Shown: positions 9,251 through 19,584, counted from the first letter of the stretch. The stretch: DNA of 64,000 nt from Chthoniobacterales bacterium (GCA_038207335.1 JBBQZX010000002.1:64001-128000); one strand, 5' to 3'. Notes: generated by a model from the letters alone, not told the origin. A program made the numbers and translations.

Positions 9251-10696
9251 ATGGACCCAGCCACGCTTTCCGTCACCGATTTGCAGCGCGCGATGCGCGA
9301 AAAAGAGCTGTCGCCGGTCGAGGCCCTCACAGCTCTGGAAGCTCGAATTTTGAGCGTCGATTCGCAGGTTCACGGCTACCTCTCGCGCAACTTCGAAGCC
9401 GCGAAAAAGCTCGCGGAAACCGCCGACATTTCGCTCCCGCTCGGCGGCGTGCCGATCGCGATCAAGGACGTCATCAATGTCGTCGGCGAGCCATGCACGG
9501 CAGCGTCGAAAATCCTCGAAGGCTTCGTCTCGCCGTACGATGCGACGGTCATTCGCAAGCTCCGCGCGGCGGGCGCGATTCCATTTGGGCGCACGAACCT
9601 CGACGAGTTCGCGATGGGTTCCTCGACCGAAAATTCGGCTTATCAGAAGACACTGAATCCTTGGGACCCGACTCGCATTCCCGGCGGCTCCAGCGGCGGC
9701 TCGGCGGCGGTCGTCGCGGCGGATGAAGCGTTCGCCGCGCTAGGCTCGGACACGGGAGGTTCGATCCGCCAGCCCGCGGCGCTCTGCGGCTGCGTCGGAC
9801 TCAAACCGACGTATGGCCGCGTGTCGCGCTTCGGGCTCATCGCGTTCGCTTCATCGCTCGATCAAATCGGCCCGTTCACCAAAACCGTGCGCGATTCCGC
9901 GCTGCTGCTGAACGCCATTTCGGGTCGCGACCCGCAGGATTCTACAAGCCTCGACGAGCCGGTGCCGGACTATACGGCGGAACTCGGGCGCGATCTGCGC
10001 GGCGTGAAACTCGGGATGCCGCGCGAATACTTCATCGACGGAATCGACCCGCAGGTCGATGCGGCGATCCGCGCGGCAATCAAGCAATACGAAGCGCTCG
10101 GGGCCGAAATCGTGGAAGTCTCGCTGCCGCATACGGAGCACGCGGTGGGCGTTTATTACATCGTCGCGACGGCGGAGGCGTCGGCGAATCTCGCGCGCTT
10201 CGACGGCGTGCGGTACGGGCACCGCGCGGCTGCGCCGAATCTCATCGAGCAATACGGCCGCACGCGCGCGGAGGGCTTTGGACCGGAGGTGAAGCGACGC
10301 ATCATCCTCGGCACATACGTCCTCAGCAGCGGCTATTACGACGCGTATTATCTCCGCGCGCAGAAAGTGCGGACGCTCATACGGCGCGATTTCACGGAGG
10401 CATTTGAAAAGGTGGACGCGATCATTTGTCCGACCTCACCGGAGGTCGCCTTCAAGATCGGCGACCGCAGCGACGACCCGCTAAAAATGTATCTCGCGGA
10501 CATTTTCACAATCGCCGCAAATCTCGCGGGCATCTGCGGAATCAGCCTGCCATGCGGCTTCGCGAGCATTGACGGAAAGCAATTGCCGATCGGATTGCAG
10601 CTCCTAGGCAAGCCCTTCCGCGAGACGGAGCTCCTGAAAATCGCCCACGCCTACGAGCAATCGACCGACTGGCACAAGGCGCGGCCCACACTCTGA
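9251..10696 (+). CDS. gatA: Asp/Glu-tRNA amidotransferase subunit A
   Basis: Amidase signature: PIAIKD, NLDEFAMGSSTENS, PGGSSGGSAA, GSDTGGSIRQPA, EVKRRIILGTYVLSSGYYDAYY. Confidence 0.98.
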   Translation: MDPATLSVTDLQRAMREKELSPVEALTALEARILSVDSQVHGYLSRNFEAAKKLAETADISLPLGGVPIAIKDVINVVGEPCTAASKILEGFVSPYDATVIRKLRAAGAIPFGRTNLDEFAMGSSTENSAYQKTLNPWDPTRIPGGSSGGSAAVVAADEAFAALGSDTGGSIRQPAALCGCVGLKPTYGRVSRFGLIAFASSLDQIGPFTKTVRDSALLLNAISGRDPQDSTSLDEPVPDYTAELGRDLRGVKLGMPREYFIDGIDPQVDAAIRAAIKQYEALGAEIVEVSLPHTEHAVGVYYIVATAEASANLARFDGVRYGHRAAAPNLIEQYGRTRAEGFGPEVKRRIILGTYVLSSGYYDAYYLRAQKVRTLIRRDFTEAFEKVDAIICPTSPEVAFKIGDRSDDPLKMYLADIFTIAANLAGICGISLPCGFASIDGKQLPIGLQLLGKPFRETELLKIAHAYEQSTDWHKARPTL

Positions 10697-10704
10697 TTAC
10701 ATCC

Positions 10705-11643
10705 TCAATGGCTGCGAAGTGCGAACGACCAAGCGAGCACGAGCATGGCGGGAGCGGTGAGTGCGGCAATGGTTTGCAGGGCCGGTGAGGCGCGCTTTTT
10801 CAACTGAAAAAATCCGGCGCAGAGGCCGAGGAGGATGCCCGCGAGGAAGCCCCAGAGGTGGGCCATGAAGTCGATTTGGTCGTGCCCGTCGCCGACGCCG
10901 AGGTAGGCGAGAAATGCGAGGCCGGCACCAATGGGGAGGACGAGTTGCCACCGGGTGCGGGTGTGCGCGGAGGCGAAGCGCGCGTAGAATTCGCCGCCGA
11001 CGAGGAGGCCGAGCGCGCCGAAGACGGCGGTGGATGCGCCGATGGAGTCGTGCGTCTCGCGGGCGTAAAATGCGGCGTTCATCAGATTGCCGAGCGCACC
11101 GCTGAGAACGATCGCGAGCCAGGCGAACCCGGCGCCGAGCGGGCTCAGGAGCAGGGCGGCGAAGAGGAGACCGGTGGCCATATTCGTGACGAGGTGCGCG
11201 ATGTCGCCGTGCAGGGTGAGCGCGGTAAGGGTGCGCCACCATTCGCCGTGGCGGATGATGCGGATGCTGCTGGCCTCGCCGCGGTCGAGCCAGCCGGGCG
11301 GGAGGAGATTTTGCGTGAGCCAGAAGATGCTCATGAGCAGGCCGGCGATGTAGAGCGAGAAGGTTTCGAGCGGCGGGGCGGGCGGCTCGGCGGCGGGTGG
11401 GAGCGGTCGGTCGCGGCGCTCGGTTTCGTAGGTGGCGAGTTCGACGCGGACGGCTTCGAGTTCGGCAGCTTCGACACGGAGGATGAAGTCGTTTCCCTCG
11501 CGCTGGATCCAGTGCGGGCGTTCCATCGCGGAGACGACGAGGCCGCGTTCGCGGGCCTCGGAAAGGCGCGGATAGCGGCCGGCCTCGGCGAGAAAAAGCG
11601 CGTCGGGCGGCGGTTCGTCGTCGTCCATGCGACCGCGGCTCAC
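10705..11643 (-). CDS. Rhomboid-family intramembrane serine protease
   Basis: GEWWR, LTLHGDIAHLVTN, catalytic GAST and AHLWG; soluble N-terminal domain; GTGA overlap with the upstream stop. Confidence 0.92.
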   Translation of the reverse strand: MSRGRMDDDEPPPDALFLAEAGRYPRLSEARERGLVVSAMERPHWIQREGNDFILRVEAAELEAVRVELATYETERRDRPLPPAAEPPAPPLETFSLYIAGLLMSIFWLTQNLLPPGWLDRGEASSIRIIRHGEWWRTLTALTLHGDIAHLVTNMATGLLFAALLLSPLGAGFAWLAIVLSGALGNLMNAAFYARETHDSIGASTAVFGALGLLVGGEFYARFASAHTRTRWQLVLPIGAGLAFLAYLGVGDGHDQIDFMAHLWGFLAGILLGLCAGFFQLKKRASPALQTIAALTAPAMLVLAWSFALRSH

Positions 11644-12716
11644 ACCGCGAGCGAGAGGTGCGCGACGGCTTCGATCTCGGCGGTCTGCGGAAACATGTCG
11701 AGTGGCGTCACGGACTCGAGGCGGTAGTCTCGGGAGAGGGCGGCGAGGTCGCGCGCGAGCGTGGCGGGGTCGCAGGAGACGTAGAGGATTTCGGCAGGAT
11801 GCGCGGCGAGGATTTGCTCGATGAGCCCGGGCGCGATGCCGATCGCGGGCGGGTCGAGGATGAGGGTCGTGCGCGCGACGTCGTGCTCGGAGAAAATCGC
11901 GGTGAGATGCTCTGACACATCGCCGCAGATGTAGTGTTCATGCGGCTCGGCGGTGCACTGGGCGCTTTCGATGGCGTGCGAGTTTTCGTCGATGCCGATG
12001 ACTTTCTCGAAGAGTGGGGCGAGCTGTTTCGCGAAGAGGCCGGAGCCACAGAATGCGTCGATGAGCAGCACCTGTCCTCGGCGTACGGTACGCTCGACGA
12101 GCGCGGCCATTTCGCGGGCGACGGCTTCATTTGTCTGCTCAAAAAACGGCCCACCACCGCCAGGCGCGCGGAGCGAGTAATCGCCGTCCCGGAGCGCGGC
12201 GTGGCGCAGACGTCGCAGCGATTCATTCACCTCGGGACGCGCAATGGGACACTGCTCGATGTCGATGAGTGAGTGGGAGCCGTGCGCGTAAAATCCGGCG
12301 ACTCCGCCCTCGACGTGGACGCGGATGCGGTTGCGGTATCCGTAGCTTTTTGGCGAAGGGATGATCGGCTGCATCGGGACGTTCTCGAGCCGCCCGACGC
12401 GGCGCAAAGTCTGCGCGACTTGCGCGGCTTTGATCTCGAGCTGCCGCGCGTAGGCGATGTGCTGGTAGGCGCAGCCGCCGCATTTTCCAAAGTATGGGCA
12501 GTGCGGCTCGACGCGCGACGGCGACGCGGTTTCGAGCGAGAGGACCTGGGCTTCGGCGAACTTTTTTTTGTCGCGAGTAACGCGCGCGGTGACGACTTCG
12601 CCCGGAATGGTGAACGGCACGAAATAGACTTTGCCATCGTGCCGGGCGACGCCTTTTCCGCCGAAGGCGACATCGGAGACGATGAGGGGAACGTGTGCGC
12701 CGGGGCGTGCTTTCAT
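11640..12716 (-). CDS. RlmD/TrmA-family RNA m5U methyltransferase with TRAM domain
   Basis: TRAM (GKGVAR...FVPFTIPGE), CPYFGKCGGC Fe-S motif, FEQTN, DAFCGSG, LDPP, YVSCDPATLARD, DMFPQTAEIE. Confidence 0.93.
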   Translation of the reverse strand: MKARPGAHVPLIVSDVAFGGKGVARHDGKVYFVPFTIPGEVVTARVTRDKKKFAEAQVLSLETASPSRVEPHCPYFGKCGGCAYQHIAYARQLEIKAAQVAQTLRRVGRLENVPMQPIIPSPKSYGYRNRIRVHVEGGVAGFYAHGSHSLIDIEQCPIARPEVNESLRRLRHAALRDGDYSLRAPGGGGPFFEQTNEAVAREMAALVERTVRRGQVLLIDAFCGSGLFAKQLAPLFEKVIGIDENSHAIESAQCTAEPHEHYICGDVSEHLTAIFSEHDVARTTLILDPPAIGIAPGLIEQILAAHPAEILYVSCDPATLARDLAALSRDYRLESVTPLDMFPQTAEIEAVAHLSLAV

Positions 12717-12720
12717 GGTG

Positions 12721-12755
12721 AAAAAAAGAGGCTTCCGTCGCGAAACGGAAGCCTC
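12721..12755 (-). terminator. Rho-independent terminator
   Basis: Minus strand GAGGCTTCCGT-TTCGCG-ACGGAAGCCTC followed by T7, 24 nt after the stop at 12780. Confidence 0.88.
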
Positions 12756-12779
12756 GGAGAGGGGCGCAAAAAGCGGGGG

Positions 12780-13199
12780 CTAGTGCGTGTAGGTGTAGTA
12801 GGTGCGGACGTAGCGGTATTTGGTGTCGAAGCCGAGTTCCGGCGGGAACTCCTCGTAGCCGCCATGGATCCACGGGATATTGCTGCGATACGGCGGGCGG
12901 TAGGAGCTGCGGTAGCTCGGGAATGGGAAGGTGGCGATCTCGTAGGTGCCGAAGCCGATGCGGGCGAAGAAGCGGCCGACGCCTTTGACCACGCCGTAGC
13001 TGAAGCCCGCGGCATTGCCTTCGCGCTCGTTGATCTCGCACGCGGCATCGGTGATTTCGGTGGCGGCAAATGCGACGTTCGCGATGCCGCGCCCAAGCTT
13101 GCGCGTGGGGCCGTAGTCATTGGCCGGCGGATCCTGGATGTCGGCGACGGCGGAGACGGAAAGTGCGGAAAAAATGGCGAGGCAGAGGGGAATTTTCAT
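12780..13199 (-). CDS. Exosortase system-associated protein (TIGR04073-like)
   Basis: Signal peptide, then GPTRKLGRGIANV...GVVKG...RIGFGTYEIATFPFP, the pattern I recognise for this family. Start ATG 13199. Confidence 0.8.
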   Translation of the reverse strand: MKIPLCLAIFSALSVSAVADIQDPPANDYGPTRKLGRGIANVAFAATEITDAACEINEREGNAAGFSYGVVKGVGRFFARIGFGTYEIATFPFPSYRSSYRPPYRSNIPWIHGGYEEFPPELGFDTKYRYVRTYYTYTH

Positions 13200-13279
13200 G
13201 CGTTTTGAGGACGCTACACCGAATTTTTCACCGATGGCAAACTGCAATTTTCGAGAGGCGCGCACTTTTTCCCAAAAAC

Positions 13280-13942
13280 TTAGAAACCCAGCAAGTTCCA
13301 GAGGTGCAGAGCGCTGCGGTGGATGACGGCGGCCATGCAGGCGACATAAATCCAGCCAGCCAAATTTGCGAGATGGCCGATGAGGACGAGAAGGCCGTCG
13401 CGCTCGATCATGCCGGCAGCGAGGAAGACGACGGCGATGGCAGGGACGCCGTTTGAAAATGGGATCGGGAGCGGGAGACACATGAGGAATCCGGCGGTGG
13501 CGATGCCGAGGCCGATGAGATTGATCATGCCAGGCCAGCGCTGGAGAAAGTGCATCCGCGGCTTGATGACTTTCTCCAGTTTAACCGACAGCCGCAGCCC
13601 GATGGTGAGCGTTTTTTCAAGGGCTTCTGCGCCCACGATTCTCTTCGTGATGAATGCGGGCAGCGACGGCTTTCGACCCCACGCGATGCGGATGCCCATG
13701 AGCATGATGACGATCCCAAACGGCACCGAGAGCCCCGGCAGCGGGATGGGAAATGTGAACGGCAGCGCAAGCAGGATGAGGAATATCGCGACGCCGCGAC
13801 CCTCCAAGATCGCCTCCAGTTCGCCTAGCGTAAGGGAGCGTCCGCCGGCGATTTCGAGGAGATTTCGAAGGTCAGCGGAGAGCCGTCGCGGAGGCGGCGC
13901 GGGCTCGACTTTGAGCAGGCGTCCGCCCGGCTCGACGCTCAT
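13280..13942 (-). CDS. exoD: Exopolysaccharide synthesis protein ExoD family
   Basis: LLALPFTFPIP.PG.S..FG, LEKVIKPR, LPLPIPFSNGVPA, ERDGLL. Confidence 0.9.
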   Translation of the reverse strand: MSVEPGGRLLKVEPAPPPRRLSADLRNLLEIAGGRSLTLGELEAILEGRGVAIFLILLALPFTFPIPLPGLSVPFGIVIMLMGIRIAWGRKPSLPAFITKRIVGAEALEKTLTIGLRLSVKLEKVIKPRMHFLQRWPGMINLIGLGIATAGFLMCLPLPIPFSNGVPAIAVVFLAAGMIERDGLLVLIGHLANLAGWIYVACMAAVIHRSALHLWNLLGF

Positions 13943-14637
13943 GCGGCCGGAGGTATGCGCTTTTCAATCGCGCCACGCGAGAGCCACCAGCCGAGCACGG
14001 TGATGAGCAACCCGAGCACGATCGCCACCGGCCGCGCCCACGCGTGCGCGCCGTCCCCGAGCCCGCGCTCGACCATGTGGTCCTTGAAGATCATCTCGCC
14101 CGCAACGTATCCAAGCACACCGCCGCCGAGCCAGACGATCCAGCGGAAGCGCTCCATGAGCTTCGCGAGCACGCCGCTGCCCCAGACCACGAGCGGGATC
14201 GAGAGCGCGAGGCCAAAGATGACAAGCTTCAGGTCACCGCCGGATGCCGCGGATATCGCGATCACATTGTCCAGGCTCATCACGACATCCGCGACGATGA
14301 TGACTCCGATCGCCTCGCGTAGGGACGCGCCGGCTTTTACCTTTTCGCCGTGATCGGCCTCGGGGCGCACGAGCCGGATCGCGATCCAGATGAGGGCGAG
14401 TCCGCCAACGAGTTGGAGGAACGGGATGCGCAGCAGATGCGAGACGATGGCGATGAATGCGACGCGCAAAATGACCGCCCCGAGCGTCCCCCAGATGCGT
14501 CCCCAGAATTGCTGCTGCGGCGGCAGTCTGCGGACGGCGAGGGCGATGACGAGGGCGTTGTCGCCGGCGAGGGTGAGATCGATGAGGACGATGCCGAGGC
14601 AGCGCGCCCAGAATTCGGGATGGGTGAGAAAGTCCAT
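13939..14637 (-). CDS. TerC/YjbE-family membrane protein
   Basis: IDLTLAGDNALVIALA, IIVADVVMSLDNVIAI, FGLALSIPLVVWGS. Start ATG 14637. Confidence 0.93.
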   Translation of the reverse strand: MDFLTHPEFWARCLGIVLIDLTLAGDNALVIALAVRRLPPQQQFWGRIWGTLGAVILRVAFIAIVSHLLRIPFLQLVGGLALIWIAIRLVRPEADHGEKVKAGASLREAIGVIIVADVVMSLDNVIAISAASGGDLKLVIFGLALSIPLVVWGSGVLAKLMERFRWIVWLGGGVLGYVAGEMIFKDHMVERGLGDGAHAWARPVAIVLGLLITVLGWWLSRGAIEKRIPPAA

Positions 14638-14853
14638 GAGTTGTGGCGAAACGAGGCCGGGGGTGAACGGACACCCTCGCGTCTCTCGCGTTGAATGCGC
14701 GAGTGAATCTTCGCCCGTGCATTTCAGGAGGGGGCTATAACCCAAACGGGTTACTGCCGCCGCGTGGAAATCTGCGCTTTCGACGCTACGCTGTGGATGC
14801 CGTGAACGGTGCGCGCCTCCCGCTGCGCCGAGAAACGGCTCACATTTCTCCCC

Positions 14854-17800
14854 ATGCCATTGCTCCCATTTTCTCGAATATCTCAGACGCTCGCGATCTG
14901 CGCGGCCGCGTTGCTGCTCCACTTTTTACCGCAGGCGCAGGCGCAGATTCCGGCATTCCCCGGCGCAGAGGGCGCGGGCGCGCGGGCGCTGGGCGGGCGC
15001 GGCGGCGACGTGTATCACGTCACGAATACGAATCCATCGGGCGCGGGTTCGCTCGCCTACGGCCTCACGACGGGCGTGCCGAGCGCGGGGCGGACGATCG
15101 TTTTCGACGTGAGCGGGTATGCGCACATCAGCAAGGAGCTGCGGATAACGGCGGGGAAAATCACGATCGCCGGGCAGACCGCGCCGGGGGATGGATTTGG
15201 GCTGAAAGATGGGACGCTGCGCGTATCGGGGGATGACATCGTGATCCGGCATCTGCGCCTGCGAAATGGAAACTCCGCGGACGCGATCGACCTCGACTCA
15301 GGCTCGCTAAATTCGATTTTCGACCACTGCGACGCGATGCTCTCGAACGACGAAAACATGTCGAGTTTCGGCAGCCCGCCGGAAAATATGTCGTGGCAAT
15401 GGGGAGTGAATGCGTGGGGCATGGAGTCGCATTCGGCGGGCGGGCTGTGGGATCAAAATCACGCGACCTCGCACCACTCACTGTGGGCGCACAATCACAC
15501 GCGCAACCCGAAGGCGCGGCCGACGCTGCTGGACTGGGTGAACAACGTGACCTTCGACTGGGACATCGGCTTCATCCTCGGCGACTCCGAGACGCCGGCG
15601 AACTGGAACACGAACGTCGTCGGGAATTATTTCATCGCCGGGACTTCGGGAAAAACGAAGGCGCTCGAGAAGGGCGCACGCGACCGAAACGGCAACTGGA
15701 ATTTTCACGTTTTTCTCAACAACAACCGCTTCGACGGGAACCGAAACGGGATCGTCGATGGCACCGACACAGGCTACGGAATGCTGAGTGGCGACGTGGA
15801 GCACCTCGCCTCCGCGCTTGTAAATACGGGCATCCCCGTGACGGCGGACGATCCGCTGCTCGCGTATAAAAAGGTCGCTTCCGCAGCCGGGCCGCTGCGG
15901 CTGGACGTCGATCCCGCAAAGCCGCTGCGGGACGAACTCGCGACGATCTTGGCAAATGAACTCGTCGCGCAGACGCATCATCATGTGAGCAGTCCTGCGG
16001 GCATCGGCGCGAGCAACGGCGGCTTTGGCGTGCTCGCCTCCACCGCCGCGCCGGTCGATACGGACAAGGACGGAATGCCGGATTTTTACGAGGACGCGCT
16101 GCTTTGGAACAAGACGGTGGACGACCACAACACGGCGGTCCCGGCGACCGGCGCCACTCCCACGAACGCCTCGTTTTTTCCCGTGAATACGCCCGCGGGC
16201 TACACGCGGCTGGAGGAGTATTTGCACTTCCTCGCGATCCCCCACGGCTTCGTGGCGAAGAGCGTGAACGGCGGGCTGACGAGCATCGTGATCGACCTGC
16301 GGAAATTCACAAGCGGCTTCACCGTGACTCCGACGTTTGCGACTGCCAATGTGATCGGCGGCACGGTCGCGCCAAGCGGGCCGGGGAATGCGATCGCTAC
16401 GTTTTCGCCGACGGTCGGATACACGGGGCGCGCGCGGTTCGAGTTCACGGTGAGCGATTCGCAGGGGAGTGTTTGGACGCAGACCTGCGCGCTTGTCGTG
16501 ACGAATTCCGGCCTGCCGCGCGACCTCGTCTGGAAAGGCGACAACTCTGCGAATCCGTGGGACGCCACGACGACTGACTGGCTGCGGAATGGCTCTCCAA
16601 CAGCGTTTGGCTCGGGTGACCGCGTGGCCTTCGACAGCACGGGCTCGCTGTCGCCGGCGGTGAATCTCGTCGGGTCGCTGTCTCCCACGACGGTCGTGGT
16701 GGACTCGCCGGGTGGTTACACTTTCGGCATCGCGGGTGGCACGGGATCGGTCGTCTCGACGGGCACGCTGACGAAGCGCGGCACGGGGACGCTGACGATG
16801 GCGAGCGCGCAGAATTACACGGGCGGCGGGTCGTTCGAGGCAGGGACGGTCGCGATCGCGAGCGGCGGAAACCTGAGTGGCGGGGCGCTCACCATGCTCG
16901 ACGGCACGACTTTCACGAACGCGTATCCGACCGGAACGAGCGGCAGCGCGGCGATCGCATTCGACGTGCCGGCGGGGAATGGCGTGACTTTCAACTCTGG
17001 CAATCGCTTCGCGCTGACCGGCGCGGTGACGGGCGCGGGGACGATCAATTACAACATACAGACGACAGTGAGCCGCGCGGACCTCGGAGGAACGATGGCG
17101 GCATTCACGGGCAGTTTGAAATTCACGAGTAGCGGCTCGCCGGGCGGGGGCGTGAGACTGCTTTTCAACGGCGGCGCGTTCAACGGCTTTGACGGCGCGA
17201 GCGTGGATGTCGGCGGCAGCGTGAGCCTGCAGCCGCAGACGAATAGCGGTGGCAACACTTTCAACATCGGCGCGCTCTCCGGCAGCAGCACAAACGCGAG
17301 TCTCGGCGGCGGCACCGCGGGGACCGTGAATTATTTCATCGGCGCGGCGGGGACGGACACGAGCTTTGCAGGGAGCATCGACGGCAATGCGACGCTCACG
17401 AAAAGCGGCGGCGGCACGCTCACACTCGGCGGCGCAAACAGCCTCACTGGCGCAACGGCGGTGAATGCCGGGGCACTCATCGTGAATGGCTCACTTGGCA
17501 CTGGACCGGTCAGCGTTGCGAGCGGAGCGGCGCTTGGCGGAGGCGGCAGCTTCGGCGGCTCGACGACACTGGTGAGCGGCGCGACGATCGCGCCCGGCGC
17601 GACAGGTGTGCGCGGCGTCGCGACGATGTTGGGCGGATACTCGGCGACGGGGATTACCTATCGGCTCGACTGGTCGAATTCGCCCGGCGGGACGAACGAC
17701 AAAATTTACGTGACTGGCGGAAGTAGCTTCGTCGCGGGCGCGAACACCGTCCTGCTCAACCTCACCGACGGTGCGCTCGGCCTCGGAGTCTATAAAATCG

Positions 17801-19524
17801 TCGAATGCGCGACCGGCATCGCTTTCGGCGCGCAGAGCGGAGTGGCGTTTAACATCACCAATCTTCCAGCCGGCACTCGGCAGACTTTTGCCATCTCCCG
17901 GAGTTCGAGCGGGACTGGCGGAGGCGATGCGCGCCTCACGGTCGGTGGCGCGGCGCCCGCGAATCTCACGTGGGTTGGCGCATTAAATTCCGCAACATGG
18001 GACCTCTCGAACACGGCAAATTTTAACGGCGCGGCGGGCGGCACATTTTACAATCTCGATGCGGTAACGCTCGACGACACGAGCGCCAACCGCACCGTCG
18101 CGCTCGCGGGCAGCCTCGCCCCGCGCACGCTCACGGTGAATACCGCTTCGGGCTACACTCTCGGCGGCACGGGCTCGCTTGATGGAGGCTCGCTTTTGAA
18201 AAGCGGCGTCGGCGTCCTCACGATCAACAACAGCGGCAGGAATACCTTCGCCGGCGGCACGGCGATCTCCGGTGGCACGGTCGTGCTCGGCAGCGCGCAG
18301 GCGAATGCGAGCGGGCTCGGCACGGGGCCGGTCACGCTTGACGGCACGTCGCTCACGATGTTCAGCCTCGGCAACGGCACCCACTCGGGCACGCTGCCTA
18401 ATGAACTCGTCATCAACACGACCGGCACGCTCTACGCCGCCCCGCGCTGCGGCTTCGGCGGACGCGTGAGCGGCTCGGGCGTCTTCAACTATTTCACGCC
18501 GTACGTCCGCGCGGATGTGACCGGCGATTGGTCGGCATTTTCGGGCCGAGTGAATGTGATCACCGATGCCGATGGGGGCGACTTCCGCATCACGGCGTCG
18601 TACGGATGGCCGGGGCTCGGCGCGGCCTCGGTCGATCTCGCGAACCGCGTCACGTTCCGATTCGACGGCACACTTTCGCAAGGAGCGGGGACGTTCATCG
18701 AGATAGGTGAGTTGTCCGGCGGACCCCTTAGCTACTTGCTTGGCGGCCCGACGGGCGGGCGAAATTTCACCTACACGATCGGCGCGAAAACGCCCGCGGT
18801 GAACGAGGTGATTTTCGCGGGTACCATCGCCGAGCAGAACACCGGCACCGCCACTAGCTACATCAAAACGGGCGCGGGCATCTGGACGCTGAATGGCGCG
18901 TGCTCGTGGAATGGCGGCACGACGGTGCAGGCCGGCACGCTCCGAATCGGCGGTTCGCTCGCCAGCGGCGGCGCAAATTTCAACGTGCTCGACGGCGCGA
19001 CGCTCGACCTCGCTGGCGGCTCCGTGAATGCCGATGACGTGCAAGTTTCCACGACCGGCAGGCTCACCGGAAAAGGGACGATCAACGGTGACCTGACGAA
19101 CAAAGGCTTCGTCGATGCGCACCTCGGTGGCGCGCTCACGATCACCGGCGACGTGGTGAACGAGGGCATCATGCGCATCGCCGGCAAAACCGCGCTCATT
19201 GCGAACGGCGCATTCGTCAACAACGGCACGCTCGACCTGCTCACCGGCGCTTCCAGTCTCCCGCCGAATCTCGAGAACAACGGCATCGTTATCGACTCCA
19301 GCAGCCTCTCCACGTTGTCTGCAGTAAAATCGGGAACGACCGTGACCGTGAGCGCGCTCACGATCGGCGCGCACAACTACCAACTCCAGCGCGCCACCTC
19401 GCTCGCGCTCGCCGATTGGGCCGATGTGGGCGCGTTAAAGGCGGGAAACGGCGCGGTGCAGACTTTCAACGACTTCGCCGCCACGGGCACCCAGCGCTTC
19501 TACCATCTCGTGGTCACGCCGTAG
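14854..19524 (+). CDS. Large secreted pectate-lyase-like (PL1-type) protein with Ig-like domain, autotransporter-associated beta-strand repeats and a C-terminal domain
   Basis: Signal peptide ending AQA/QIPAFPGAEGAG..A.GGRGG.VYHVTN; TIAGQTAPG; RNPK; DTDKDGMPD; repeated LTK.G.GTLTL...N.YTG units. Confidence 0.85.
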   Translation: MPLLPFSRISQTLAICAAALLLHFLPQAQAQIPAFPGAEGAGARALGGRGGDVYHVTNTNPSGAGSLAYGLTTGVPSAGRTIVFDVSGYAHISKELRITAGKITIAGQTAPGDGFGLKDGTLRVSGDDIVIRHLRLRNGNSADAIDLDSGSLNSIFDHCDAMLSNDENMSSFGSPPENMSWQWGVNAWGMESHSAGGLWDQNHATSHHSLWAHNHTRNPKARPTLLDWVNNVTFDWDIGFILGDSETPANWNTNVVGNYFIAGTSGKTKALEKGARDRNGNWNFHVFLNNNRFDGNRNGIVDGTDTGYGMLSGDVEHLASALVNTGIPVTADDPLLAYKKVASAAGPLRLDVDPAKPLRDELATILANELVAQTHHHVSSPAGIGASNGGFGVLASTAAPVDTDKDGMPDFYEDALLWNKTVDDHNTAVPATGATPTNASFFPVNTPAGYTRLEEYLHFLAIPHGFVAKSVNGGLTSIVIDLRKFTSGFTVTPTFATANVIGGTVAPSGPGNAIATFSPTVGYTGRARFEFTVSDSQGSVWTQTCALVVTNSGLPRDLVWKGDNSANPWDATTTDWLRNGSPTAFGSGDRVAFDSTGSLSPAVNLVGSLSPTTVVVDSPGGYTFGIAGGTGSVVSTGTLTKRGTGTLTMASAQNYTGGGSFEAGTVAIASGGNLSGGALTMLDGTTFTNAYPTGTSGSAAIAFDVPAGNGVTFNSGNRFALTGAVTGAGTINYNIQTTVSRADLGGTMAAFTGSLKFTSSGSPGGGVRLLFNGGAFNGFDGASVDVGGSVSLQPQTNSGGNTFNIGALSGSSTNASLGGGTAGTVNYFIGAAGTDTSFAGSIDGNATLTKSGGGTLTLGGANSLTGATAVNAGALIVNGSLGTGPVSVASGAALGGGGSFGGSTTLVSGATIAPGATGVRGVATMLGGYSATGITYRLDWSNSPGGTNDKIYVTGGSSFVAGANTVLLNLTDGALGLGVYKIVECATGIAFGAQSGVAFNITNLPAGTRQTFAISRSSSGTGGGDARLTVGGAAPANLTWVGALNSATWDLSNTANFNGAAGGTFYNLDAVTLDDTSANRTVALAGSLAPRTLTVNTASGYTLGGTGSLDGGSLLKSGVGVLTINNSGRNTFAGGTAISGGTVVLGSAQANASGLGTGPVTLDGTSLTMFSLGNGTHSGTLPNELVINTTGTLYAAPRCGFGGRVSGSGVFNYFTPYVRADVTGDWSAFSGRVNVITDADGGDFRITASYGWPGLGAASVDLANRVTFRFDGTLSQGAGTFIEIGELSGGPLSYLLGGPTGGRNFTYTIGAKTPAVNEVIFAGTIAEQNTGTATSYIKTGAGIWTLNGACSWNGGTTVQAGTLRIGGSLASGGANFNVLDGATLDLAGGSVNADDVQVSTTGRLTGKGTINGDLTNKGFVDAHLGGALTITGDVVNEGIMRIAGKTALIANGAFVNNGTLDLLTGASSLPPNLENNGIVIDSSSLSTLSAVKSGTTVTVSALTIGAHNYQLQRATSLALADWADVGALKAGNGAVQTFNDFAATGTQRFYHLVVTP

Positions 19525-19584
19525 ATTTGCGTTGCGCGATATCGATCGAGCGCGGGCGCTACCCGGAGCGAGGAAGCGTGGCTG

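Noticed and set aside
10705..11643. Rhomboid as a rhombosortase or as the peptidase for the LEPLE.RIAPA leader
   Set aside because: No GlyGly-CTERM substrates seen, it is far from the cluster, and the leader has no TM segment; unsupported.
14638..14853. yybP-ykoY (Mn2+) riboswitch upstream of the TerC gene
   Set aside because: Only small hairpins; I could not find the GGGGAGUAG / GAGACC-type conserved segments on the minus strand.
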